From positions 1 through 59,183 of IMG/VR virus record IMGVR_UViG_3300049489_000417: a stretch of DNA of 59,183 bases. One strand, written 5' to 3'. Below the pieces are notes generated by a model. That model saw only the letters and a program-made list of their open reading frames with translations, searched no databases and was not told where the DNA came from. A program made the translations under genes and the position numbers. This DNA comes from a virus (lineage: Duplodnaviria > Caudoviricetes). This document shows, in pieces, positions 27,351 to 36,160 of the stretch. Position 1 is the stretch's first letter. Each line of letters starts with the position of its first letter.

Positions 27351-27773
27351 TTACGCCAGAGTGAAGATGGTGCCAGGCGTGGTGTTGTTGAACTTGACGG
27401 TGAAGGTCTCGCCGTCGTTCAGCGTAACCGCCGAGCCATAGTCCCACCACGCGATGAGGTTGTCCGAAGCCGCGGTGTCGTTGTACAGCACGGCGTAGCG
27501 GAACGGGCCGATGGCGCCGCCTGAGGCGGTAAACACAACCTGAGTACCCTGGACAGTGGCGGTGCCGCCAGTCTCGGACAGCGTAACCGTAGTTGTGTTA
27601 CCACCGGTTGTGTAGCCGTTACCAGCCGAGATCTGGGTGATGTTCGCCAGAATCGTGTTGGTGTTCACCGGGAGGGTGTTCGTGAGCGCGACTTTGAACA
27701 CGTGGGTGTCGAAGTCGTGCGTACCGTTGACCATCTGTTCGACGGTGTCCTGGAACTTGTTATAAGCTGCCAT
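27351..27773 (-). CDS. small virion structural protein
   Basis: GNGYTTGG...GPFRYAVLYNDT...LIAWWDYG conserved motif; GGAG RBS. Confidence 0.85.
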   Translation of the reverse strand: MAAYNKFQDTVEQMVNGTHDFDTHVFKVALTNTLPVNTNTILANITQISAGNGYTTGGNTTTVTLSETGGTATVQGTQVVFTASGGAIGPFRYAVLYNDTAASDNLIAWWDYGSAVTLNDGETFTVKFNNTTPGTIFTLA

Positions 27774-27784
27774 GTGACTACTCC

Positions 27785-28834
27785 TTAGTTGGTGTCGACC
27801 CAGAGGTCGTTAAGTTGCGGGTTGCTCGGCTGGGTAGGCCCAACCGTAATCTTACTAAAGCCGTCTGCGAATGTCGAGGCAAGCTTTGTAGTGCCTAGCT
27901 CTGCTATGGCGTTTTGCGCCGTGTTCGAAGTGATTCCTGCGGTTGGTGAGAACGTAATAGCGGACGCCGGGTGGGCTTCCGCATCTAGCCGCCCAGACAG
28001 GGCTGAGTGCGTAGTGATGCCGCCACCACCAGTTGTACTATCAACCAGCGCTACGCTGTCGACGTGCAAGTAGTGTGTACCACCCGTATTACCGGTGATT
28101 GGGTGATAAAAGCGCACTGCCACTGAACCAGCGTTTATGTACTCCTGCGGGTTGTCGATAACCACGACAACGTCGGTCAGGCCGTTCTGGCTGTTGAACG
28201 TCGTCTTTGTATCCCACAACAACGTGTCTTTGTTCCAGAAGTCGATCTCGCACAGGTGCGATCCACCACCTTGATAGCGCATAAATGCCCGGAACGAGTT
28301 AAACGTCTGTACGCCGGTAAACGTTACCTGCACATCGTAGCCGGGGATGCCAGCAACCTCCTGTACCAGCAGCATGTCCGCATCGTCGCGAGTAAGCAGC
28401 GACGCCAAATTACCCGAGACCGTGTTACCTACGCCCACTGTAAGGGACTGCGGGGCATACTCAGTAGACGTGAGCCACTTGAACTTGCCCGTAGCCGCGT
28501 CGTAAGACAGCAAGTAGCGGTCCGACGGGGGGTTGGCGATGTCGATGCCGGCCTCAGGGATCAACCCGCCTTTGTCTGTGTGATTGTGCGTGGTAATGAA
28601 CGACAGCAGCTCCTCGATAGCCGCCTGGGCCTGAGCTGCGGTCATCCCAACCGGAGTCTGCACGGTAATGACGCTGGCGGGGTGGCCGTCCGACTCGCGC
28701 CCGGTGAGTAAAGAGTGGTCGGTAACGCCGTCTACCCCCGGAGCGCCTTGCGGCGCGCCGTCAACAACGACGTAGTCGGGGTTAACCGACAGCAGTACCT
28801 CGCTGTCGCCGATAATGATCAGCTCGGTACTCAC
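27785..28834 (-). CDS. tail fibre-related protein
   Basis: Repeated HS.L.GR...HPAS.I motif; C-terminal GPTQPSNPQLNDLWVD. Confidence 0.75.
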   Translation of the reverse strand: MSTELIIIGDSEVLLSVNPDYVVVDGAPQGAPGVDGVTDHSLLTGRESDGHPASVITVQTPVGMTAAQAQAAIEELLSFITTHNHTDKGGLIPEAGIDIANPPSDRYLLSYDAATGKFKWLTSTEYAPQSLTVGVGNTVSGNLASLLTRDDADMLLVQEVAGIPGYDVQVTFTGVQTFNSFRAFMRYQGGGSHLCEIDFWNKDTLLWDTKTTFNSQNGLTDVVVVIDNPQEYINAGSVAVRFYHPITGNTGGTHYLHVDSVALVDSTTGGGGITTHSALSGRLDAEAHPASAITFSPTAGITSNTAQNAIAELGTTKLASTFADGFSKITVGPTQPSNPQLNDLWVDTN

Positions 28835-29418
28835 GTAGTCACCTCTTTGGTCACTACGACCGACCCACTAAGCAACTCAGTCACGACACCCGCCGGGGAG
28901 GCCATCTCGAGGTCGTAAACACCCTTGGTGAACGTGATCGCCTCTGTAATAGCTGCCGGGATAGTGATAGTGATCTTCTTCTCGGAGTTATCTAGCGCGA
29001 TGTATGGTGACACGTCGAGAAGCACGGTGCCGCCGACACGGTCCTTGATCTGCATACGCGCCGTGAAGCCAGTCATGTCGACCGGTGTGTTGTACTGCAC
29101 GTAGCCACCGGTAGTGTAGGCCTTGTACCCAGACGAGTTAATGTCGTTGATAGTAAGCGTGTCGCCGTCCACCGCGCTCGCTTTGTGGTAGTCCTTAGCC
29201 TTAGGTGGAGTGTTCTCAGCATTGATGTCAGTCATGCCCTTCACGGAGACGACTGCTACGCGCCAGCCTGTCGGCACGCCGTGCGTGGGGCACGTGATAG
29301 TTACTGGAGCTGACTGCGTAATACCAGTGATCGGTCTGTAGATAATAGGCGGCGCTTCCCATCGGAGCGTCTTGACGAGGGTCTTACCCATCGCAATTGT
29401 TATGTCATGCTTGGCCAT
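28831..29418 (-). CDS. virion structural protein (Ig-like/adaptor with insertion)
   Basis: Start MAKHDIT at 29418; PVDMTGFTARMQIK...GVYDLEM motif. Confidence 0.8.
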   Translation of the reverse strand: MAKHDITIAMGKTLVKTLRWEAPPIIYRPITGITQSAPVTITCPTHGVPTGWRVAVVSVKGMTDINAENTPPKAKDYHKASAVDGDTLTINDINSSGYKAYTTGGYVQYNTPVDMTGFTARMQIKDRVGGTVLLDVSPYIALDNSEKKITITIPAAITEAITFTKGVYDLEMASPAGVVTELLSGSVVVTKEVTT

Positions 29419-29585
29419 ACATAGTCTCCGCAAACATGTACGCCGTCTATTTTATCGCGTACGTAGTAATCAATATCGTATGTTAGTACATAAATGACCG
29501 GCGAGGTACTCGCGTATGTGGCGATTAAGAGCCACGAAGTTACCGAGAAAGACTCAGTATCGAATGAGTCGTCGTCAAACGCCAC
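29400..29585 (-). CDS. small hypothetical virion-operon protein
   Basis: GTG start overlapping upstream stop; [15 protein letters not shown]. Confidence 0.5.
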   Translation of the reverse strand: MAFDDDSFDTESFSVTSWLLIATYASTSPVIYVLTYDIDYYVRDKIDGVHVCGDYVWPSMT

Positions 29586-31773
29586 GCCATTTATCCCCAG
29601 GTGTGCCGGCACCGGTCACACCTGCGCTGTTCATAGCCCTGACATTAGCGTCAACCTGCCCCGGCACTGTGAAAATTAACCCGTCTGTCTTCGCCTTGAC
29701 CGCCGCCACAGAAGCATTGTCAGGAGCGGTGTACCCTAGAGCAGCCAAACGGCTGGATACAGCGACGTCCAGGTAACCGGCGACTAGCTCACCTATAGAC
29801 CCAGCAAGCGTTAGGTCGCTGACCTGTGTATTCCAAACGTCAGTAGCGGCTACGTAGTTAGCGGAGATAATCCCTGCGGGTAGCCCGCGGTTCCAGTAGC
29901 CGAATTCCCCAGAATTCACAGCCACGGGGGTGGGTGCAGACACGCCATCTATCCATACACCTCCAGCCGCGCCTTGAACGGTGAACGTAAGCTTAAGCAT
30001 CCCATCCGCACCTGTCTGGTTTGTCCCGCCCACAATAAACTGCTGCCACGCATCGCGGACGCCTGTATTCTCAGTCCAGGTACTCGGTACGATACCGAGG
30101 CCGGACAAAGTGACTGTGACCGGATAAGAGGTCCCGTAGGCCGTGTTCGCGTAGACGTAACCAGACACCGTTACGGGCTTATTGTCAGGGGCGTATACCG
30201 CCAGCTCGAACGACGCGGGGGCCGATGCGTTATGCGGAGCGAACTTGAGCGATACACCAGACGGGTCTTTGGAGAACGCATCATCGCGCGTGATAACCGC
30301 TCCCGGAGTATAGATCTCCTGGTTAAGCGGGGATCCATTCTTGTCGGATATAGTTACCCGTGATGTCGTCGACGCATCTTGTATGCGCACCCCGCCCGTC
30401 GCCGTCGCAACTACTGGGGTAGCCTGAAACTCGCAGTTATCAAACAACACATCCAGGGCGGAACCGTAGCCAGACGCCCGCACCAGATACGAACTAGGCG
30501 CCGAGAATGGGAAGATGGAGCCTATGGTGCAGTTCACAAACTTGGCCCCATAGCAAGCGTCGAACGTAGCGAAGTCCACACTAGCTCCGAAATCGCAGTT
30601 GTGGAACTCGGGGCCAGTCGCGGCGGACATATTCAGCGACCTAAACGACGCGCCATAAAACTTGGAGTTATAGAACCGGCACGTAACACCACCTTGCGAA
30701 TACCCGCTGTCCACCGCGGTTCCTGACCTATAAACGACCACGCCACTAAAGTCGCAAACGCTCCCAGATCCGGTGTATATCGGCCCGCGCGTATTGTTGC
30801 TCGCAATAGCTATGTTTTCGATGGTCGGGCGGATTCGTATGGAGTGCATCGAGATCCCGACGCTCAACGTGTTCAAGGTAGTGTAGAACGAGCAGTCCCG
30901 TAGCGATACCGGGTTGATGGTTGGTAGCCCACTAATAGTTATGGCCCACCCCGACCACTTATATAGCGAAGCACTAGCCCCGTCCCCCAGATGGCTAAAT
31001 AGGCAGTAGCGAGCCACTCTTGTGTCAGCTGCCTGGGTAGTATTCCACTGTTGGGCCAGGTAACCAGGCGTCGCTGTCGCATGCGACTTGAGTACTACGT
31101 TGTGAGTAAAACAGCCGACCGCACCCCCAACGAGGTGCTGATTCACCAAGTTCCCCCCGGCCAAGGTCACAGAAGCCTCAGTACCTGCACCAGGCGTAAT
31201 AGACGCAACAGTACGCTCGTCATACTGCGTATACGTGCCGGTGGGGGCTAGGTAGAGGCTATCACCTACTACCCAACCAGTGGCATCAGCCACGTTTATA
31301 ACCGCCTGCCCTGCCGCAGCTGTCGACGTGAGCGTCGTGTTTACCCTACGCTCGGCTCCGTACGCATAAAACTGCGACCCGTTAATCGTTATAAAGCCGT
31401 ACTTCGCAGACGCCGGGACTGCAGATTTGTTAAGCAGCAATGTGGCTGTGTATTCTTTAGGAATCGGATCCGCAGCCGTACCGAAGTCGAAGACCCCCGT
31501 CGACTGAATGACGAAGTCACCAACCACGGTTAGTGAGGATGACACCGTACGGCTCGCCCTGATCGTGCCGTTTACAATGACCCCTCCGCCTGTTGCCGCG
31601 GTGGTAGATACCCCAGTAGCTGCGGTGTCGTCCCCCCACGTATAGGTACCGTCGATAGTAACGACGTGCCCTAGTGCGATAGTTACTTTATCGCCCTCTA
31701 TGGGCACCACACCGCCGACCCATGTAGTAGTCGATGATGCCGGACCAGTTTGCGCCGAAGTTATAGACGCCAT
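29575..31773 (-). CDS. tail spike/fibre with G8-like N-terminus and beta-helix
   Basis: [19 protein letters not shown]-terminus; repeated F.NC.F beta-helix pattern. Confidence 0.75.
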   Translation of the reverse strand: MASITSAQTGPASSTTTWVGGVVPIEGDKVTIALGHVVTIDGTYTWGDDTAATGVSTTAATGGGVIVNGTIRASRTVSSSLTVVGDFVIQSTGVFDFGTAADPIPKEYTATLLLNKSAVPASAKYGFITINGSQFYAYGAERRVNTTLTSTAAAGQAVINVADATGWVVGDSLYLAPTGTYTQYDERTVASITPGAGTEASVTLAGGNLVNQHLVGGAVGCFTHNVVLKSHATATPGYLAQQWNTTQAADTRVARYCLFSHLGDGASASLYKWSGWAITISGLPTINPVSLRDCSFYTTLNTLSVGISMHSIRIRPTIENIAIASNNTRGPIYTGSGSVCDFSGVVVYRSGTAVDSGYSQGGVTCRFYNSKFYGASFRSLNMSAATGPEFHNCDFGASVDFATFDACYGAKFVNCTIGSIFPFSAPSSYLVRASGYGSALDVLFDNCEFQATPVVATATGGVRIQDASTTSRVTISDKNGSPLNQEIYTPGAVITRDDAFSKDPSGVSLKFAPHNASAPASFELAVYAPDNKPVTVSGYVYANTAYGTSYPVTVTLSGLGIVPSTWTENTGVRDAWQQFIVGGTNQTGADGMLKLTFTVQGAAGGVWIDGVSAPTPVAVNSGEFGYWNRGLPAGIISANYVAATDVWNTQVSDLTLAGSIGELVAGYLDVAVSSRLAALGYTAPDNASVAAVKAKTDGLIFTVPGQVDANVRAMNSAGVTGAGTPGDKWRGV

Positions 31774-31786
31774 ACCCGGTCACCCA

Positions 31787-32425
31787 TCAAATGCCTCCGT
31801 ATGTAACAGTGCCGGCTTTGTGGTGGCGGCGGCGCGATTCTTCAGACGTCTTCATGCAGTACTTCACAAACGCGTCCATGAACTGCGAGGCCTTTGTCTC
31901 ATTCACCGTCTCCGCGTCCTGCTTGGAGAAGGCCAGATACTTCATCCAGTCGATCAGACACCGCTGGTGTTGAGCCGGGATCTCCGAGAGATCTAGTGCC
32001 AGCGGGAGTCGGAGCAGCACCAGACTGACTGTATCTGCACTAGCAGGGATAGGGCGCAGGCGGATGTTGTTATCGTCCACACCGAGCACAAGCCCCAGAA
32101 GTGCACCTGGGTTGTTATCAAGACGCGGTTGTGTTCCTGCATCCTGATGATCCTCCAGGTCTGTGATACTAAGTTCCTTGCCGTCGCTACGCTGAGCGTG
32201 CCTGATCTTCAAGATACGCGGATCGTAGGAGATAAAGACGTCCCCTGCGGAGACGGAGACCTCACACAGGGAGCTGGTTGCGTCTTTAATCCCGCCAGTG
32301 AGGCGCACAAACATGTTCTGCGCCTCGTCCATGTAGGAGTCGACCTCGTCATCCGACCACAAGTAGGGTCGAACTGTGTCGTCGATCTCTTTGCGGAACG
32401 CGGTTGCGAGGTCGTCTCGGGTCAT
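31787..32425 (-). CDS. head-tail adaptor protein
   Basis: FR.EIDD...PYLWSDDEV..Y.DEAQ; YLAFSKQDAET motif. Confidence 0.8.
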   Translation of the reverse strand: MTRDDLATAFRKEIDDTVRPYLWSDDEVDSYMDEAQNMFVRLTGGIKDATSSLCEVSVSAGDVFISYDPRILKIRHAQRSDGKELSITDLEDHQDAGTQPRLDNNPGALLGLVLGVDDNNIRLRPIPASADTVSLVLLRLPLALDLSEIPAQHQRCLIDWMKYLAFSKQDAETVNETKASQFMDAFVKYCMKTSEESRRRHHKAGTVTYGGI

Positions 32426-32805
32426 TACACGGTTTCCTTGCTAGCCAGGTACTCTTTCCAGCAGTCGTCGCGTTCTTCGCGCGTGATGTCGAATCCGAGC
32501 ATCGGGTTCAAACGACGGAGGTCGGGGACACCAGAGCCGTTGAAATCACCGCGCTGGTTGCGCAGAGCCAACTTCTCCAGATTAGCCATAATGGCCTTCT
32601 TGCGCTCCTCGCCTGCCGGAGTAGCAATGTCGGCGCGCTCTGCCGGAAGGACGTCCGGCTTGCTACCATCAACCATCTCAGCACCCGCAGCAACCGCGTG
32701 CTTTACCAAAGACGGATGTACTTCTACCGGAATACCTTTCTCGAACTGCACATCCCGCCCTTCTGCGCGGATGATGTGGTTACGGTTAAGGATCATCTTG
32801 GGCAT
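32425..32805 (-). CDS. conserved head-region protein
   Basis: RNQRGDFNGSGVP...ITREERD motif; GGAG RBS. Confidence 0.75.
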   Translation of the reverse strand: MPKMILNRNHIIRAEGRDVQFEKGIPVEVHPSLVKHAVAAGAEMVDGSKPDVLPAERADIATPAGEERKKAIMANLEKLALRNQRGDFNGSGVPDLRRLNPMLGFDITREERDDCWKEYLASKETV

Positions 32806-32820
32806 TTCTAGCTCCTAAAG

Positions 32821-32856
32821 AAAAAGGGGGTAAGGGCTTATGGCCCTTACCCCCTA
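32821..32856 (-). terminator. rho-independent terminator after capsid genes
   Basis: GC stem-loop followed by T-run on - strand. Confidence 0.85.
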
Positions 32857-32874
32857 TCTTACAACATTACCCCA

Positions 32875-33266
32875 TTAGTTGGGGTAGGTTTCATTGGCGC
32901 GACCCGGGATCGTGAAGGTGACACGGACCAGAGCCTTGCCGACTGTGCTACCGGAGGTGCCGGTAGCCAAGGTCAGCTGAACATCAGAGCCGTCGGAGAC
33001 GATGTGACGTACTTGGTAGCCGACGCAGCGGTGCCGAGCGAAGCGGCAACGGTGCCGCCGTCGAAGGCAGTGATGGTGAAGAACTCAACAGCCGAGACGC
33101 GAGCGCCGGCCGGGAGTTTGCACACGTTGAAGACCTGCGACGCGACCGTAGTGCCGATTGTGATATCCGAGCCACTGGTGTTGGCGATGGTGTCGCCAAC
33201 GTTGAACTCGAACTCAGCAACCAGCGGCCACTGTGCAGTACGGGTTGTTTGCAGTTTGTAAGCCAT
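32875..33266 (-). CDS. capsid decoration/minor head protein, frameshifted in this sequence
   Basis: Frame ends at 32973 but a -1 frame from ~33005 continues HIVSDGSDVQLTL...GRANETYPN* to 32875, just before the terminator. Confidence 0.7.
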
Positions 33267-33281
33267 GTTGATTGCTCCTTA

Positions 33282-34364
33282 TTACTGGGCCACGTAGACA
33301 GAGACGACGCCGAAGTCTTCGGTAGTGCCCTGCGCTTGGGAGTAGAACTTCGGCTTCAGGAACCCGAGCATCTTCTGCACGGAGATACCTTGTTGGTTGC
33401 CGTAGTCGAACTCTTCTTCAACCCAAGTCGGGTTACCGAGGTCAGCCATACCGAGGGCTTGCGCGCCGCAGAACAGCATCTGGCAGGCCTGGGCGTTGGC
33501 GGCACCAAGAGCGCCGTGATACACGTTACGGTACTCGTGGATGTACAGGCCGTCGATCTTGACGGTCGCGCCGGTGAAGAGCGGGTTGCCGTCAGCACGG
33601 ACTTGCGCGTTGCGCAGGTTCGCGACGTAGTCGGCGTCCTTCTTCAGCTTAGCCATGGCTTGCGGGGTCAGGAACACGTGGTAAGTCTCCTCGCCGCCGT
33701 TCTCCTTGATGCCGCGGATGTAGTTCGTCTTCGCGTAGGCCTTCAGCTCGATGAACATGTTCCAGGTCGGGGTGTCAGCAGCGATGATGTTGGACATCGC
33801 GCCGTTGGCAACCAGGCCGTTGGTAGCATCCCACTGGAAGACGCGCTTCGAAGTGGGGGCGGTGACGTCAGAGGCGAACTCGAGGTACGGAAGATCCGAA
33901 CCAACGCGGTCAGTACCGTCGTTCTTCTTGGTGAACGGGACGCCGGACAGAGCCAGGAAGGCCATTTGGTCGACGCGCTCCGCAAGCCAGTACGCGAGAG
34001 CGTCTTTGGCGTTGTTACGGAATTCGACGATGGACTTCTGGTCAGCCATGCGACCTTCGTGCCGCGAAGCGTGACGGAGCTGGTCGATACGGATGACTTG
34101 TTCACCAGTCCGCATCGCCTCTTCGTTGCCTTCCAGCGTGCGGTCTCCAGCGATACCGTCACCTTCCAGATCATGCAACAGAGTGATAACGGCGCGGGCG
34201 CCCTTTTCAGTCTTCTTGAGCTCGTCAACCTTCTGAATCATCGAGTTCGCGCCGTTGCCGGTGAACTTGTTGACGAACGAGTAGTTACGCGCGGCTTTCC
34301 ACAGATCCATCGACCAAATGGTCTTTTGTTCATCTGTGAGCAAGCCAAAATTGGTCATTGCCAT
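33282..34364 (-). CDS. major capsid protein, N4-gp56/DUF4043 family
   Basis: MAMTNFGLLT, ELKKTEKGARAVITL, GDRTLEGNEE, LFCGAQAL, FDYGNQ.GIS, EDFGV motifs. Confidence 0.95.
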   Translation of the reverse strand: MAMTNFGLLTDEQKTIWSMDLWKAARNYSFVNKFTGNGANSMIQKVDELKKTEKGARAVITLLHDLEGDGIAGDRTLEGNEEAMRTGEQVIRIDQLRHASRHEGRMADQKSIVEFRNNAKDALAYWLAERVDQMAFLALSGVPFTKKNDGTDRVGSDLPYLEFASDVTAPTSKRVFQWDATNGLVANGAMSNIIAADTPTWNMFIELKAYAKTNYIRGIKENGGEETYHVFLTPQAMAKLKKDADYVANLRNAQVRADGNPLFTGATVKIDGLYIHEYRNVYHGALGAANAQACQMLFCGAQALGMADLGNPTWVEEEFDYGNQQGISVQKMLGFLKPKFYSQAQGTTEDFGVVSVYVAQ

Positions 34365-34495
34365 GGTGATACTCCTTGAGTAAAGAAAAAGTGTACTTGT
34401 GCTAAATACGCTCTCTCACGGAGCGACCGGGCTTGTCTTTTCCATCCCAAGCTAGATGTGATTACGCCAAGCATAGCTTGGCGTAGTTAAGTGTG

Positions 34496-35263
34496 TCAAG
34501 TAATGATGTCGCGTCGCGCAGATAGCCTCGGATCAGCCGGATATGGATTCTTATCCGCATACGGTCGGTCATTCTGTGCAGCTGCTACGTTCATTCTGTC
34601 GTTGTACGCCTGAGCTGCTTGTTTAGCTTTAAGTGCCTCTGCGTCTCTAGCCGCGATTTGCTCATTAGTTAAACTAAGTGCGCTCGAATCTGAAGCTCTG
34701 AACGGCGACGTCTTGTAGAGTGCTGAGCTGTCGGTAACCGGGCTGGATGGACCTCGCACGCCGTAGTTGCTCGAGCCCTGCCCGATTGGGGCGTACGTGC
34801 CACTAGCAAACGAGCCCTGAGTAAACAACCCCTGACTTACAGGAGCGCTACGAAAACCACCTGAACCCACAGTATAGTTGTCCATCCCGCTGAGGCCGAA
34901 GCCGGCGTTGGGGGTGCGTAGGCCAGCGCTCGGAGTGATAGTGTTCTCGCCTGGTACAGGCTGTGTTGCTGTGGCGGGCGCTGGGTACTGACTAAGCCGT
35001 TTCGCCTCCCGCACGTCTGAAGTATTGTTGAACCCTGGGCGCGTGTCGAGCCCGACACGGCGGATCCCTTGACTCATCGGTAACTGCCGCGTAATTGACC
35101 CACCTAGTGAGTCAAGGTACGAATCCTGCTGCGCAAGCATCTCGTCAGTCATGTCCGGACCATACAAAGACGCGCGCAAGCTCTGCTTAGGTTTAGCCGG
35201 GGGTGGGGTATCTTCGCCTGTGTAGTACCGAGGACGGCCTACACCCATCTCTTCTTCGAACAT
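34496..35263 (-). CDS. low-complexity hypothetical protein (possible internal head protein)
   Basis: 255 aa, S/P/G-rich, between scaffold and MCP. Confidence 0.6.
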   Translation of the reverse strand: MFEEEMGVGRPRYYTGEDTPPPAKPKQSLRASLYGPDMTDEMLAQQDSYLDSLGGSITRQLPMSQGIRRVGLDTRPGFNNTSDVREAKRLSQYPAPATATQPVPGENTITPSAGLRTPNAGFGLSGMDNYTVGSGGFRSAPVSQGLFTQGSFASGTYAPIGQGSSNYGVRGPSSPVTDSSALYKTSPFRASDSSALSLTNEQIAARDAEALKAKQAAQAYNDRMNVAAAQNDRPYADKNPYPADPRLSARRDIIT

Positions 35264-35278
35264 ACCCCACCCCCTCTC

Positions 35279-36160
35279 TTACAACTCGTCGCCGCGCAGG
35301 CGAGCGAGTACGTCGTCACTCAGCTTGTCAAACTCCGTACGGTTCATGCGCAAAACAGTCTTGGCGTCGAGACCGCCGCCTTTCTTGTCGTGATCAAGAC
35401 CGACGTCCTTGGTGCTAGGCGGCTGCTTCTTGGCGGCGTCGAGGTTACGAGCAACCGCCTCCTGCTTCCGGCGAAGCCCCTGGTCAACCTGCGACTCCTG
35501 GGACTTCTTGTCCACCTCACCAAAAACCCGCTTGGTAGCGCGCTCGAGTGCCTTGGCCGCGGACAGCTTCAGCTCCTGCTGATACCCACGCATAAGCGCG
35601 CGAACCTCAGCAACCGCCTCTTCGTCGTAGTCTTCCGACTCCGGGTCGATCTGCGGGTACATGGCCTCGACCTTGGCAACCACTGCGTCGTACTGAACCT
35701 CAGCGCGTGTAGCTTCCTTGGCCTTCTCGGTACGCATCTCGGCGCGTCGGTCGGCGATGGCATCCTGAACCTCCAGGATCTTGTCGTCGATCTCAGCTGC
35801 CTTCTCCAGCTCGCCGTCTGCAAGCAGGTTGTTCCGCTTGCGGACCATCTCCTTCATCCACTTCTGCGCCTCGGCGATGTCGTCCGCCTTCGACTGCAGC
35901 TGCTCTTTCTCGCGGAGCTCCGCAAGCTGCTTGTTAGCAAGCTCGAGCTTCTCGCGCTCCTTGCGCACGGCCTGGTCGAAGCGATCCTTGGGGATCCACC
36001 TACCGTCGCGCTTCGCGCCTTTGTCCTCACCATCATCCTCACCGGCAGCGCCTTTACCTTCCGCGTTGTCCACGGGGGTGTCGTCTACCTGGGTCTTGGG
36101 GGTGTCGAGAGTCGGGTCTACAACCTCGTCACCACGATCTACAACTTCTGCTTCACTCAC
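35279..36160 (-). CDS. capsid scaffolding protein
   Basis: Acidic N-terminus, IPKDRFD, coiled coil, C-terminal RLRGDEL; position between portal and MCP. Confidence 0.85.
   Translation of the reverse strand: MSEAEVVDRGDEVVDPTLDTPKTQVDDTPVDNAEGKGAAGEDDGEDKGAKRDGRWIPKDRFDQAVRKEREKLELANKQLAELREKEQLQSKADDIAEAQKWMKEMVRKRNNLLADGELEKAAEIDDKILEVQDAIADRRAEMRTEKAKEATRAEVQYDAVVAKVEAMYPQIDPESEDYDEEAVAEVRALMRGYQQELKLSAAKALERATKRVFGEVDKKSQESQVDQGLRRKQEAVARNLDAAKKQPPSTKDVGLDHDKKGGGLDAKTVLRMNRTEFDKLSDDVLARLRGDEL

Noticed and set aside
23244-31773. Diversity-generating retroelement acting on tail fibres
   Set aside because: No reverse transcriptase and no adenine-variant template/variable repeat pair seen
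34462-34487. Hairpin upstream of the capsid gene as a novel element
   Set aside because: Simple stem-loop consistent with an ordinary terminator or mRNA stabiliser
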